DNA of 64,000 bases, from the NCBI RefSeq assembly GCF_902713615.1, contig NC_052153.1:142181772-142245771 (forward strand), given 5' to 3'. The first letter of the stretch is position 1, and each line of letters opens with the position of its first letter. Shown piece after piece: positions 11,966 through 25,990 of the stretch. This DNA comes from Scyliorhinus canicula. Taxonomy: Eukaryota. The notes under the pieces were generated by a model. That model was not told where the DNA came from, did no database searches, and saw nothing but the letters and a program-made list of their open reading frames with translations. Made by a program: the position numbers and the translations under genes.

Positions 11966-13149
11966 GATGACCTCTTCAAAGTTGTCTGAAGATTAATTTA
12001 TTCCTTCTCTGGTATTACGCCATTAGCCACAGAACCTATTGAATTTAATAGTGTATTCATTTGTTCAGTCTCTGTTTTCTTGTTCAAGCCTGATGCTATC
12101 ATATATTTTGAAACTCCTTTTCTTCATAACGCCCAATTTTGTACCAGGCCTGGTCCTTCCATGGGCCTTTATCAGCCTGGAAGTGTTGATTTACCATCCA
12201 GGGCTGTTTTCAGCACAGGGGAGTCAAGATTTGTTTTTAAAATAGTGCTACAGTGATCATTTTTTCTTTTTTCCACTGCTAGTATCAGGATTTGGCAGGC
12301 TCCCATTGGAGTTCTGGAGAAATTTTCAACTTCAGCAATTTAATGGAAAATATTTTGAATTAATCATTTTGGACAGCAAGTTGCTTTCCTCAGCTTGGAG
12401 AATCAAATTGAAGCTGATCTTTTGACCGACTTCTCTTTCATTTTTTCGTTGTTCGCACATGGTCACTGATCTGGATCTGGACTACAACATCCTCCAAGCA
12501 GCTCTCATTAAAACAGTCACTCTGCCAGTGCTGCCTGATTATTGCATCAAATTTAAAAGCTTATTTCAGCATGTTTTTTGCAGGTTGCTCATGTTTTTGC
12601 AATCTGGCTAGGTCCTTTGCCTACTATCGATCAGGTCTTTCAACAAACCTCCATGCTTTCTTGTGGAGTCCATTTATGCTGTAAAGTGGACCTTTCTTCT
12701 ACCCTTGAGCCTCCATGCCTTTAATGGAGCTCCTTAGGCGATCTTCAGCTGTGAATTTGAGGTCTTCACATTGGGCTCATTTCTCTCATGTCTGACTGCA
12801 GTTTCTTTACTTCTTCATTCTTAGAGATTTTCGGTCCATCACCAGCTACCACAATGTTGTAAGTTGCTTCAGGCAGAGGGTTAGCGGTTTGTATGGGTGA
12901 ACAATGAGTACTTTTAACACATAACTACATACATTTTTAAAAAATACAGTGCTGACTAGGTGCTATCTTCATGCCAAATTCTTTTAGACTCATTACTATC
13001 GTCCATTATTCCCATGTAACTCTCTACATTTTAATGTGGATAATACTGTTTCCCCAATCCCACACTAGTCCTTAGAGACCTAGACACCCTAACATTACAA
13101 CGACCTGTTCCCAGGCCTTTTCTTCCATTCCCCGAGCTACAGATAGTGC

Positions 13150-15280
13150 CCCCCACCCTGCCTCATGCCCACTCAGTCATGAGTGAGCTCCAGATGCCTC
13201 TGTGTCATCTGGCTCTGCCAGTTCTGGCGGCTGACCATTTTCTGTGCCATGGTGTTGACGCCCTCAGCGATGCTCCTCAGTGACAGGAACATGCACTGGA
13301 GAAACTTGACAATGTCCACCTGCATCAGGGTCATGTCCCTGATTGACTGGGACATGATGTAGAGGCCCTCAGCCATGGTGGTCACAGATTGAGCCATTCC
13401 TTGGGCACCAACATTCAAGATGCTGATATTGTGCTCCACTGTGGTTGCCACCTAGCAATGTTGGCCTTGGTGTCATGTATTGTCGGCATCATCTCTTGGC
13501 CTTTGGGAGTCCTGCAAACGGCTATCCACTCGCTGGAATATTGTTGACGTCTCCCGCTGAAACTGACGGCTATCATCTACATCAGCTCTGGGACAACCTT
13601 GTCCAGTGGCTCGGCATCTGACTGGGACTCAGCAGAGTCCTGGGATCCAGCAGACCTCCGTCTGCTGACTACTTCAACTGTTGCTGTATCCACTTGATGT
13701 GCATTATCAACTGTGCGGTGCTCACCAGATTGTGCCCTAGAAGCCTGTCCAATAATGTCGCCCACGGAGGTGCGTGTCTCTGTGCTGGTGGAAGATGGAT
13801 ATGATAGCCATGACACGTCGATGGTGGTCTCCTCTGAACTGTCCTCTGATATGGTCTCTTGGTTGATGGGGGCAGCGGGGTGTGGGGGAGTGGTACAACT
13901 TTGAATGGCCCGGCCCCATCAGAAGGCGATCTTGCGAGATAATGGACATGTGGTCAGTGAGAGGGAAGGATAATTTCATCTGACATGAACAACATATTTG
14001 AGATACGTCACCTGTGTGAAGGGGCAGGGAACCCCCACCTTTGCAGCACAGACTAACATTGCTGTCTGCTCTCTCCTTGGTCAACCCCGCGGTTTCCAGG
14101 GCACTTCCCTCAGAGGCAGTGTGGACTTGAATCTCTTGTACTCCACCCCCATGCCCCATCTTGGTCCTTTCCCGCTTATTATGGGCTATTCTCACCTGCA
14201 GGGTCAAAGAAAGAGAGGGAATATGAGCTGTGCATGCTTGATGGATCGGGGGGTGATAGTAGGTGCATGTGTGGGCACTGCGCCTGGACGTGAAGGGCTT
14301 TTCAGGTGCATACGAAGGGGTTCTGAGGAACAAGCACGAAGATTGGATGTGGGAAGGATGCGAGGTGTCACCCAGTGATTTTGGGGGAGAAGGGGGGTGA
14401 GGGTTGGGAATTTGAGGGGTGACAGGCGGATCTCATGCCATGAGAGAGATGGTAACTTACCCTTGTAACTCAGTGGAGGTCATTGATCTTCTTCCTACAT
14501 TGGCCGGCGGTCCTGCTTCTCCTGCTGCCCGAACTGACAGGCACTGCCAGTGCCTCCCAGGTATTGTTGGTGACTCTCCTGCTGGTCTTCCGATACACTT
14601 GGGGGAACAGTATGCCCCATCTCGCATCTCGCATCAAGAAGTCTGGCCAGGTCGGCTTCCCCAAAGCGAGGAGCAGGTCTGTGCACTGCCATGCCTGTGT
14701 GTTGACTGGTATGAGTATTGAGGGAGCGCTTAAAAGCAGCTCCCCCTTGTTAGCAGCGAGATGCTGAGGTCCAAATTTGGTGAATCAAATGACAAGACAA
14801 CCAGTAATGGTGAAAAATTTGTTGGGGGCTCATTTCTGGCACTAAGTGTCTTTAAATGCGGGCCATGATCTCGCCAACGTTACCATTGTAGCATTGTGGA
14901 TAGTACAATCGCTTCACAGCTCCAGGGTCCCAGGTTCGATTCCGGCTTGGGTCACTGTCTGTGCGGAGTCTGCACATCCTCCCCGTGTGTGCGTGGGTTT
15001 CCTCCGGGTGCTCCGGTTTCCTCCCACAGTCCAAAGATGTGCAAGTTAGATTGGATTGGACATGATAAATTGCCCTTAGTGTCCAAAATTGCCCTTAGAG
15101 TTGGGTGGGGTTACTGGGTTATGGGGATAGGGTGGAGGTGTTAACCTTGGGTTGGGTGCTCTTTCCAGGAGCCGGTGCAGACTCGATAGGCCGAATGGCC
15201 TCCTTCTGCACTGTAAATTCTATGATCTATGAATCGCGCCCAAAATGACACTTAGAAATGTTTCCATTAAATCGCATCCA
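13150..15280 (-). mobile_element. PIF/Harbinger remnant carrying a pseudogenised, spliced Myb/SANT-like gene
   Basis: Exon 1 (14692-14461): RPAPRFGEADLARLLDA...WEALAVPVSS...RTAGQCRKKINDL, then a GTAAGT donor. Exon 2 (about 14195-14040): IAHNKRERTKMGHGGG. Frameshifted throughout. TIR-like end near 15280. Confidence 0.75.
14890..15231 (+). mobile_element. HE1 V-SINE inserted in the Harbinger terminus
   Basis: HE1 body and tail GGCCGAATGGCCTCCTTCTGCACTGTAAATTCTATGA. Confidence 0.9.
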
Positions 15281-15576
15281 AGAGTTGTGTTGTGACAGGG
15301 CCAGTGCTTCTTGCATCCTTTCCGCTGAAGAATCGCTTAGCCTTGACATGGTGACTTGCCAAAATCAGTGCAGCTGAGATCATGGACTATATGAAATGGA
15401 ACTTTCAATCTGAGTTCAACTATACTATGCCATGGCACAGAACTGGTTAATAAGTAGTGCTTCAGACTGATCAATTTGTGAGAAGTTACATACAAATTGT
15501 AAAGCACTTAAAAATGCGAAGGATCTGAAATGAACAGACAATTAATTATTTTACTATCAGAACTATAAGTGTACCC

Positions 15577-15772
15577 GGGCAGCACGGTGGCACAAGTGGT
15601 TAGTACGGTTGCCTCATGGCACCGGGGTCCCAGGTTTGATCCCGGCTCTGTGTCATGTGTGGAATTTGCACATTTTCCTGTGTTTGCGTGGGTTTCGCCC
15701 CGACAACCCAAAAGATGTGCGACACTTAATTGGAAAATAATGAATTGGATACTCTAAATTTATTTTTAAAAA
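15577..15772 (+). mobile_element. V-SINE, short-tail variant
   Basis: GGGCAGCACGGTGGC head and AATTGGATACTCTAAATTT tail. Confidence 0.8.
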
Positions 15773-15868
15773 CTAGAACTGCAATACCAAAGAAATGTCT
15801 CTACCTGACAAACTACAAGCAAAATATGCTGTCAATAAAGAAATGTGCATTTTATTAACTCACAGCAG

Positions 15869-16485
15869 GGGCGGTATTCTCTCCCCCCCCCCCCCCCCCC
15901 CCCCCCCCCGCCGCCGTTGGGAGAATCGCTGGGGCGCTGCCTGAATCGTGCCACGCCACCCCGACACCCGCACATGTTTCTCCCCCCCCCCCCCCCCCCC
16001 CCCATGAAACAAGCGTCGCGAAAATCACACTGGGCCGCTCGGAGAATCGCCGCAAACAACGAGTTGCAATTCTCCAACCCGGAAGGGCCGAGCGGCCGGT
16101 CCGACACAACATGTTCCCGCCGGCATCGTCTACCCCTGGTCGCTGCCGGCGGGAACTGTGCGGGAACGCTGGGGGGCCATCCTGGGGGGGAGGAGGGGGG
16201 CTCCTTCGCCGGGGGGGGCCTCCGATGGAGTCTGGCCCGCTATCGGGGCCCACACCTCTCCCCCCTCCCCTCCCGGGCCTACCTCCTTCCGCGGCCGGCC
16301 CCAGAACACCGGTCCCATTTTGGTGAGGGGCCGGCGCGCGTAAGAAGTTCCCCACGCATGCGCAGGATGGCGCGGCCCAACTGCGGCCCCTGTGGGGGCC
16401 AGAATAGGTCGTGTCTGGGCCTGTTTGCGCCATCGTGAAACGCAACAACGTGAGCACTTAGTCCCGGGAGCGGAGAATACCGCCC
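15869..16485. mobile_element. Harbinger-type MITE
   Basis: TIRs GGGCGGTATTCT and AGAATACCGCCC with a CAG TSD. Confidence 0.88.
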
Positions 16486-16965
16486 CAGTAGTTGTCTATT
16501 TTGTCTGATGCACAAAAGAAATTTAAACTGCTGTTGAAAATTGCAACCAAAAGATAATAAACTCGGAGAGGAGAAATCATTTTATTTTTGACAGCACCTG
16601 CTACTGGCTGAAGACTCAGGTCAATTGCTGAGCGCAGGCACACATTTGTTTAGATGACATTATGTGTAGCTGTGCCAAGCACCACTAAGTGCACTAACAG
16701 AGATGGAACAACAATCTAAAGTGATCTCCCCTCTGAGAAGAAATCATGTCAGTCTCATGTTCTTACAGGAATGTGACTGGAATGACTCAAGAGACTGAAG
16801 CCTGCAGCACCAACATCTTTAGCTCCAGTTGTTCTGCCACTTTCATGTCAATGTGAAGCATTCCAGTGCACACACTGACAGCGAAAGTGGAAGTGTTGTT
16901 GTGCCGTCAGATCTGATTCTGGAAGATACTAAAGCCAAGTCGTGTGACATCTCTTCCAGGAGGCC

Positions 16966-17160
16966 GGGAGGCACAGTGGCTAGCACTGCTGTCTCACGGC
17001 GCCGAGGACCAGGGTTCGATCCCAGCCCCAGGTCACTGTCCGTGTGGAGTTTGCATATTCTCTCTGTGTCTCTGTGCGTCTCACTCCCACAACCCAAAGA
17101 AGTGCAGGGTAGGTGGATTAGCCACGCTAAATTGTCCCTTAATTGGAATTTTATAAAAAA
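16966..17160 (+). mobile_element. V-SINE, short-tail variant
   Basis: HE1-like head and V-domain. Confidence 0.78.
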
Positions 17161-17640
17161 TCTCTTCCACATACTTGGGATTCACACAATCAAAGTTCAA
17201 TGATCAAGTTGGTCCACTGAATCTATGGTCCAGTTTTAAACTCAGCCCCACACTTCACCAAAATTGTTCTCCACATCAGTTCAAATCATACCAAATGGCC
17301 TCCTTGAAATCTTTCTCGGTGTTAGAAAAAAAACGAGTTCTTTTTGCGCACATAGAAGTAAGTATACAGGGGACTCACTCCTAGCAGGCAGAATATGTTT
17401 TTCAGTCAAGGGTAGCGACAATACACTTAATATACTGCTGGCACATTTCACACTCCACAGCGATTGATCTTGGAACGATTGTGCTTTAACTGCCGCTTTT
17501 GATGAGCTGCTATCTTCTTTAGCAGCTGAGCAATTCTGGGAGTTTCTCGGGAATTATTTCCTTTTGATCACCAAAACAACTCTCAACCGTTTAGGAGCAT
17601 TTTAGCTGTCGGCAACTTCCTAAGTATTTCCAAACACAGA

Positions 17641-18361
17641 GGGCGCGATTCTCCGACCCCATGCCGGGTGGGAGAATTGCGGGAGTGTCGGGCAAATCAT
17701 GCCACGCCGCCCTGGCACCCGCACGCGATTCTCCCATCCCCCCAAAACGGCATGTCGCGATTTACGACAGGCCGCTTGGAGAATCACCGCTCTGTCGAGC
17801 GGCGATTCTCCGGCCCGGATGGGCCGAGCGGCCTGCCAAATACGACCAGTTCATGCCGGCGCCAACCACACCTGGTCGCTGACGGCGTGAACAGTGCGCG
17901 ACCGCTGCGTGTGGGGCCTGTGGGCGGCGGAGGGAGAATCGAGCACCAGAGGGGTGCTCAGGAGCGGTCAGGCCCGCGATCGGTGCCCACCGTTGGTCGG
18001 GCCGGCGTCTCTGAAAGACGCACTTTTCCCTCCACTGCCCCGCAAAATCAATCCTCCATGTCTTGCGGGGCAGCGGAGGGGAAGACAGCAACCGTACATG
18101 CGCGGGTTGGCGCTGGCCAAACTGCGCATGCGCGGGTGACGTCAGTTAGGCACCGCCGGCCGCGTCATTCATGCTGCGCCGCTTTGACGCAAGTGTCAAG
18201 GCTTGGCGCCCGAGATTGACGCACCACCGCTCCTAGCCCCCCGGGGGAAGGGGGGGGGGGCGGAGAATAGGGGTCGAGGAGCGGCCTCCAAAGCCGGAGA
18301 GAAACACTCTGGTTTTCACTCCGGCGTTGGCACTTTGTCTACCTTTGGGAGAATCGCGGCC
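17641..18361. mobile_element. Harbinger-type MITE
   Basis: TIRs GGGCGCGATTCTCC and GGAGAATCGCGGCC with an AGA TSD. Confidence 0.9.
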
Positions 18362-20742
18362 AGAGTTTTGGTCAGCATTTGGATTTAGTCTGTCCAACAC
18401 CTGCGCTCATGTGCTCTGATGAAAGAAGTTTACTTTGTCACTAAGGAATTACTCATGCATATTTGCCGTAAGCAAAAGATGCCTGATTTACTAATTCCAA
18501 TTATTTTTGTCTTTCCTTTAGACCAAATGCAGCAGAAATATACATTTGTAATTTACTTTAATTGACAGACAATCTTGTGAGATAGAATGAACTTTTCAAA
18601 ATAAACAGTGAGGCAGAATAAACTTTTCAAAATAAATAGTCAATGAAAATATCATTCAGTCGAAGAGTTCACAGTAACCACAATAACCTTATTAATGTTT
18701 TGGCTTTAACTCACACCAGAAATTGTCTATTTTGTTTGATACATAAAATAAATTTAAACTGCTGCTGAAAATTGCAACCAAAAGACAATAAAATGATAAT
18801 AGCTAAAGAATAAGTTTTTGTCAAAATGCCGTACACTACAATATCTGATTAGCTAGCTCTGCTTGTGTTGAAGTGTTTTTTTGCAGCCGAGTACGAGACT
18901 TACCCTCGTATTTTGTTCTCCATATTCTGTTTCTGTCCTTGGAGTGACCTAGTACACAATCCCCAGGACTTCAACTCAGAAGTCAGAGCTAATCTGTCAC
19001 AGGAGATGATTCTTAATCTTCTTAAATCAAACCACACACTACTCTTTCTCTGATTTATCCGTATAGAACTAAGTTTACATACATTAACCTTTGAAGTAGT
19101 GTAGCAGCATGTGCCTTTGAATCTATCTTATGGACCCTCTGCACCATTTAGGAAACAATGCTATAAATATGCGGATGCTCTTGCAGGTATTTTTAGCATG
19201 ACTGCTGTGGTTTGCAAAAAATGTAAATATTTATTAAAATATTTATCCTGGATATGAATGGCAGTTTACAAGTTGTTTGTTTAGCACTACTGAGCTTGAA
19301 GTAATATGTTTTATGTTCTCTTGATTTAATTGCTTTTTCATTCGCTCATAAGTAAAGAAGACACATGTCAAATATTTGTGGGAAAGCAATTCAATAGATA
19401 GAAATGTTATGCAAATTTCTCATTACTGAAACTTTTGCTCTGACTAATTGATAGGACCAAGCGTGTGTCAGCTTACTATTCAGTGCTACAACTCCTTTCC
19501 AATGTTCTTCCACACTTGTTAGAGTAAGTATCGCATAGATTTTCCAGTTTGGAGAATTAATTATTTACATTCTGGGGATTCTCTTCAGCAAGAATTGAAT
19601 GCAGCTGGAGCAAGAAAGATCGTTCAAATGTTCAAGCCACATTCATCACGCAATATGTATAACTTTGCTCTGTGAAGCCAGGCAAGAATTGATCCGAAAT
19701 GCACCAGGAAGATAAAACTCTATAAAATTTCACCATGACCACTCAGAATAATCCAATAAAACTGTAGAATATTAATAAACTTTTACAAACTGTAGTTACA
19801 GCTCTGAATAATTGCAATCTGTAAGAGCAGTATATATATTGCCAGGGTTGCAAAAATCATGGATGGGAGGGGTGGTGTTTCCTCATTAACCCCAGTGGAT
19901 TTAGCTTGCTAGAATGGTGTTGGAGCGATTTCCATTGACAAAACTTGAGTACAGACATTTTTTGCTATTTATGCATTTTTAAAGCGATTTTTCTAAGTTT
20001 CCTCAATGTTCATTCCTCCTTCCTATGATTTTCCCACTGAGCACCCACAGAGCTCATTTACATAGCAATGAATGTCAAACTGCAGCCCTGAAGACTCAAG
20101 TTCCTGGTTTTCACAACCCTATTCTACAAATGTACATGTAGATAAAGAAGCCACAGCTGCTTCCTCATCGCCTGATCCACATGAAAGTGAGGAACTGGTC
20201 AGCCTTTGTAGAGTTCTTCAACTTGGCTTGTTGAAAATCCTTTTACATCCTATTTTAATTCCTAAACCCTGTATTTATTTTTGCCTGGGTACTACTGTGA
20301 TGAGGGAACTGATGAAGTGCAGTGCTTTGATGACTTCTAGCTTATAACTGCAGCTATCCAGCATGATCACCTAAAAGAGGCATGAGCCATTGGGAATGGT
20401 GGTCATCGCTACTGGTAAATCTTTCTTCAGATGAGTCGCCCCGTTGCTGCGGTGAATCTGCAGGAAAAGATGACAGAAAACAAAAATGAACTTTCCCCCC
20501 CCCCGCCTCCCTGCTACCAGGATTAGGGAGACTTTAAAAGGATGGAGTGTCTATGATGCTGAAGAGAGCTGTCAGGGAGACAATATCGGGGAGGGCTCAG
20601 TTACGAAGTTGATGTCAGCAAGATGCCATAAAACCCAACCAGATAGGGTTGGGGAAAAAAGTGGTTAAATCCTCAGCACCATGTTAACTCTCCCTCCCAA
20701 CACTGCCTGATGTCTGCCTGACAGGGGTGGTGGGGGGAGTAA

Positions 20743-23315
20743 GAATTTGGATTTGGATTAGGGTTTATTGTCACATGTAGCGAGATACAGTGACAAGTAT
20801 TGTTCTGCATACAGTCCAGACAGACAGAAAAGCATAGGATATACGATAAATACACAATGTAAATACATAGACATCGGGTGAAGCATACGGAGTGTAGTGT
20901 TACATAGTAGAGAAGATGTGTGGAGAGATCAGTGAAGTCCATAAGAGGGACATTCTGGAGTCTGGTATCAGCTGGGAAGAAGCTGTTTTTGAATCTGTTG
21001 GTGCGCATTCTCAGACTTTTGTATCTCCTGCCCGATGGAAAAGGTTCGGAAAATAACCTGGGTGGAAGGGGTCTGATTCTGCTGCCTGCTTTCCCAAGGC
21101 AGCGGGAGGTGTAGACAGAGTCAATGGATGCGAGGCAGGTTTGTGTGATGGACTGGGCTGTGTTCACGACTCTCTGTAGTTTCTTATGGTTTTGGGCCAA
21201 GCAGTTGCCATACCAAGCTGTGATACAGCCAGATAGGATTCTTTCTATGGTGCATCTGTAAAAATGGTCAGAGTCAATGTGGACAGCCTGAATTTCCTTA
21301 GTTTCCTGAGGAAGTATAGGGATGTTGTGCTTTCCTGCTTGTAGCGCAACGTGGGTGGACCAGGACAAATTGTTGGTGATGTGCACACCTCGGATCTTGA
21401 AGCTATCAACCATCTCCACCTCGGCACCATTGATACAGACAGGGGTGAACGACACTTCGCTTCCTGACATCAATGACCAGCTCCTTAGTTTTGCTGACGT
21501 AGAGGGAGAGATTGTTGTCGTTACACCACGCCATTAGGTTCTCTATCTGCCTCCTGTACTCTGACTCATCATTGTTCGAGATCCGACCAACTATGGCCAT
21601 TTCATCAGCAAACTTGTAGATGAAGTTGGAGCCAAATTTTGCCACACAGTCATGCAAATATAATGAGTATAGTAGGGAGCGAAGTACGCAGCCTTGCCAG
21701 GCCTCAGTATTGAGAACTATTGTGGAGGAGGTGTTCTGTCTATCCTTTCTGATTGTGGTCTATGGGTCAGGATGTCCAGGATCCAGTTACAGAAGGAGGA
21801 GCCAAGTCCTAGGTTTTGGAACTTTGATGTGAGCTTGGCTGGGATTACGGTGTTAAAAATGGAGCTGTAGCCAATGTATAGGAATCTGATGTAGGAGACC
21901 TTGTTGTCGAGATGCTCCAAGGATGAGTGTAGGGGCAGGGAGATAGAGTCTGCTGTGAACGGTATGCAAATTGCATGGATCAAGGCATTCTGGGAGTATG
22001 GAGTTAATGTGTCTCATGGCCAACCTCTCAAAGCACTTAATAATGCTAGATGTGAAGGCCACTGGACGGTAGTCATTGAAGCAAATTGTATGATGTTGGT
22101 CTTCTTTAAGCAAATGGGAACCTCAGAATGGAGTAGAAGAGGTTGAAGATGTCTGTGAACACACCCGCCAGTTGGTTCGCGCAGGATCTGAGTGCACGAC
22201 CAGGGACTCCATCAGGACCCATTGCTTTCCGTGGCTTCACTTTCAAGAAGGCCGATCTGACTTCAGAGGCTGTGAAGGTAGGTATGGGTGTGTCTGAGGC
22301 TGCTGGGGCAGATGACAATGGTTTATGGTTTCCCGCTCGAAACAAGCATAGAATGCATTGCGTTCATTGGGGAGGTGTGCGCTGTTGCCGGAGATTCTAC
22401 TCTGGTTTAAGGTCTGTGCAGCAAAGTTTAGAGGAGATGTGAAAGGCAGGGTTTTTATGCAGAGGGTGGTGGATGCTTGGAACGTGTTGCCGGAGGGGTT
22501 GTGGAAGCAGATACATCAATGGTGTTCAAAAGGCATCTTGACAAACACATGGATAGGATGGATATAGAGGGATACGGCACAAGGAAGTGCTGAGGTTTTT
22601 GACAAAGGTTGGTACCATGACTGGTACAGGCTTGGGGGGGCCGAAGAGCCTGTTCCTGCGCTGTATTGTTCTTTGTTATTTGCTCTGTAGCCCGTTAGGT
22701 TGCTTAAGCCTTTCCACAATCAACAAGAGTCCGTGTCATTAGTCTGTGACCCTAGCTTAGTCTGATATTTTCTCTTGCCATCCCTGATGGCTTTGCGGCA
22801 GTCGTACCTAGATTTCCTGTACAGGTTAGGGTTGCCTGACTTGAACAGCTCAGGCCTGCCTTCAGTAGGGAGTGAATCTCCTGGTTAAACCCATGGTTTC
22901 CGTTTGGGGAATGCACAAACTAATTTCTTTGGCAAGCAATCTTCCACACAATTACTGATGAAGTCTGTTATGGTGGTAGCATACTCGTTTAAGTTGGCCA
23001 CTGAGTTCTTGAATATGGACCAGTCCACTGACTCCATGCAGTCATGCAGGAGCTCTTCCATTGTCTCCGACCAGCATTGCATGACCTTTTTAACCAGATT
23101 CTCCCGCTTAGGTTTCTGCTTGAATGCCAAGAGAAGGAACACTGTCCTACTGTCTGATTTTCCGAAGTGCGGTCCACCACAGAAGTGCTGGAATGGCTTT
23201 ACCAACTTATTGGGATGAAGGCTACAATAGCTCATAACGTTTTTGTCAAAGGGCCATTCCAAATGGCAGCCAACAGCTTCGGCCAGGTCAATCATAAGGT
23301 TTGCAGAAGGCAAGT
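20743..23315 (-). mobile_element. Rex1/Babar-type non-LTR retrotransposon, 5'-truncated and frameshifted
   Basis: Motifs [47 protein letters not shown] (RT core) and FYRCTIERILSGCITAWYGNC. (AATCCA)n-like tail at 20743-20765. Confidence 0.88.
22404..22681 (+). mobile_element. CR1 LINE 3' end inserted into the Rex1 element
   Basis: FMQRVVDAWNVLP followed by the CR1 3' UTR and tail. Confidence 0.85.
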
Positions 23316-23605
23316 ATAGATCGAGTGGTCACGTGATGAAACAGCTACTTAAAGGATCATGAGTTGGGAGCATGAGAGTCCTCCACAGAATGCATGGGGG
23401 TTACAGCATGTGAGAGCTCTTTGGAATACTTAATAAACTACTGCTGGTGTAAGTCCTTGGTCACCAATCCTTGCAACCTCGCACTTATACAGCAAGTATG
23501 TTTTGCTAAAGACAACACAGTGCTTTATATTATGATAAAAGCAAATATGCTTTTTCATAAAAGTAAATGATAAAAGCATCTCTTTATACTTGTTGCAGGA
23601 ACTGT

Positions 23606-23820
23606 CGGCACGCATGTGCAGTAGTTCACACCGCTGCCTCACGGTGACTAGAACCCGGGTTTGATCCTGGCGCCAGGTCACTGTCCATGTGGAGTTTGCA
23701 CATTCTCCCCGTGTCTGCATGGATCTCATCCCCACAATCCAAAGATGTGCAGTGTAGGTGGATTGGCCACGTTAAATTGCCCCTTAATTGGAAACATTTA
23801 AAAAAAGATTTTAAAAAAAT
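23606..23820 (+). mobile_element. V-SINE, short-tail variant
   Basis: V-domain GTGGAGTTTGCACATTCTCCCCGTGTCTGC. Confidence 0.75.
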
Positions 23821-24057
23821 TTGTTGCAGGAACAGGCTAGCTGAAGAGGCCATTAATTTTTATTGTGTCACAATGTTTCCACAAATGCTTAAAAACAATA
23901 TTTTGTACTTGTGACTAACCTTGCAGGTCAATGGCCAGGGGGATAACATGAATGAATCATCCTTTAGTATTCCTGTATTCCTGCATTCGGCTTCTCCAGT
24001 ACATTGGGCTCTGTCCCACGCCCATGAGAGAACAGGTGCGAATCACTCTGGACTATC

Positions 24058-24628
24058 TTGGAGAAAGTCCAGAGCGAATCTCCGATTTACAGGGGGCTAG
24101 CAGGGCCCCGGAGCGCTCTGCGCAGCTTCGCCTGCAGATACGGAGCCCTGCACTTCTGGCTGCGGATCTGCGCATGTGCACGGCGGCCGCCTGCGCCGGT
24201 GGCCCCACGCGACATGGTGGACGCACACAGTGGGCCGGCCCTTTAAATATAGGCCCCCGCCAGATTACGTACGCCCGCTGATCGGTGACCATCGATCGTA
24301 AGCCTGGCAGTTCTGGATCCCCCCCCCCACCCCCCCCCCCCCCTCCCCCCCCCCAGGTGACGGATCCGCTCGCCTCCCAACAGGGCGGCCGCCAACTGGG
24401 TCCGGAACCGCCATTCCGAGCTCCCAACGGGTGTAACCATGGGTGAACCAAATCGGCGGAACCCGGCCAGTTGTCGGCGGACAATCGCCACGGGGGCCTC
24501 TTTCAATGGCCCCTGACCGTCGCCTTGTCGACTGCGCACGCGTGACTGGCGAATCGCGGGTCTGACGATCCATTCTCCGCCCCCACACCGAATGCGAATT
24601 TGGCGCAGAGGCTCAGAGAACCCCGCCC
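24058..24628. mobile_element. Harbinger-type MITE, left TIR lost
   Basis: Right TIR GAGAACCCCGCCC. Interior related to 59375-59932. Confidence 0.7.
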
Positions 24629-25609
24629 ATCGACTCTGAACACTGTTGCGATAGATCAGCAATGGACAAAAGACAAGAGACTTATTTCTATGCTCATCAC
24701 TGAACAGCAATAAGAAGTCTGAAGAGAAAAATCAGTTGCTTAAGGAAGCCAGGGCTTTCTCTTTGGCAGTCTCCCAGAATTATGCTGTGAATTATGCTGA
24801 CCTGCTGTCTTTTAAACAATTTCACTTTTCAAAAAAGCCTTGAAATTGCAATTGCTGAGGCAAATGGAGTCCAAATCTGGAGCCCTTGAAGCTGACGAAC
24901 ATAACATAAAAAGCTACTGCTTCAGAATCAGCTTCAGCATTCAAGGAGAGCAGACTGAGACAGACATATCCAGGGTCCTTGTAGTAAAGTGTAATCCAAT
25001 TATTGCAATTTTATTTCTGCAATAACCAGATAGCTGTGGTAAATTGCAACCTTCGAACCCTCAAGTTTCAATAAACATGATTAAAAGCAAAAGTCACATG
25101 AAGGTCTTAAGCACATAAACATTTTCTGTTTGCAGTGCCAGTTTGTATAACTTTCAGAGCAAGCACCGACATCATCAATGCCACTCAAACTCTAACAATA
25201 CCATATGGTCTGAAACTTTATAATGGAATATTCACCAAGATTTATTACAATGTCTATACCTTGTGACAATTTAACTTTTACAATTGGTCTGGCCCCGGTG
25301 TTGTCAACAGGACTTCCCATTGAAAGCAGCCCTCGCCACCAACGGGACCAGAAGATCCCGTCAGTGGGAATTACCAGAATGTTTCAGTCATTGTGCACAA
25401 TTGGGAGGAAACAATTGAAAGACAAACTATTTTAAAATCCCATAACGCCCTTCATCCAGCCTCGAAATGTTAGCTCCGTTCTCTCGCCACAGATGCTGTC
25501 CGACCTGCTGAGATTGGCCAGTAGTTTCAGTCTTTTTTTCAGATTTCAGCATCTGCAGTAAGTTGTTTTTATTAATCTAACAACTTGTTCACTCAAGGCT
25601 GCATACTGT

Positions 25610-25948
25610 GGGCAGCACGCTAGCATAGTGGTTAGCACAATTGCTTCACAGCTCCAGGGTCCCAGGTTCGATTCCCGGCTTGGGTCACTGTCTGTGCGGA
25701 GTCTGCACGTTCTCCACGTGTCTGCGTGGGTTTCCTCCGGGTGCTTCAGTTCCTCCCACAGTCCAAAGATGTGCAGGTTCGGTTGATTGGCCATGATAAA
25801 TTGACCTTAGAGTCCAAAATTGCCTTGGGTGGAGTTACTGGAATATGGGGATAGGGTGGAGGTGTGGGGTTGGGTAGGTTGCTCTTGTCAAGAGCCGGTG
25901 CAGACTCGATGGGCCGAATGGACTCTTTCTGCACTGGAAATTCTATGA
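25610..25948 (+). mobile_element. HE1 V-SINE
   Basis: Full head, V-domain and tail. Confidence 0.92.
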
Positions 25949-25990
25949 AATAAACAGCAGCTTCCATATCCACGGCTGCTACCGTCTAGA

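Noticed and set aside
12250-12900. Possible decayed LINE ORF1 on the minus strand
   Set aside because: Only compositional hints; no motif I can support.
13150-14700. Domesticated host gene of the NAIF1/MSANTD type
   Set aside because: Frameshifts, stops and a TIR remnant show it is a dead Harbinger accessory gene.
15883-16003. Long poly-C runs as G-quadruplex or i-motif elements
   Set aside because: They are variable-length homopolymers within MITE copies, prone to slippage and sequencing error.
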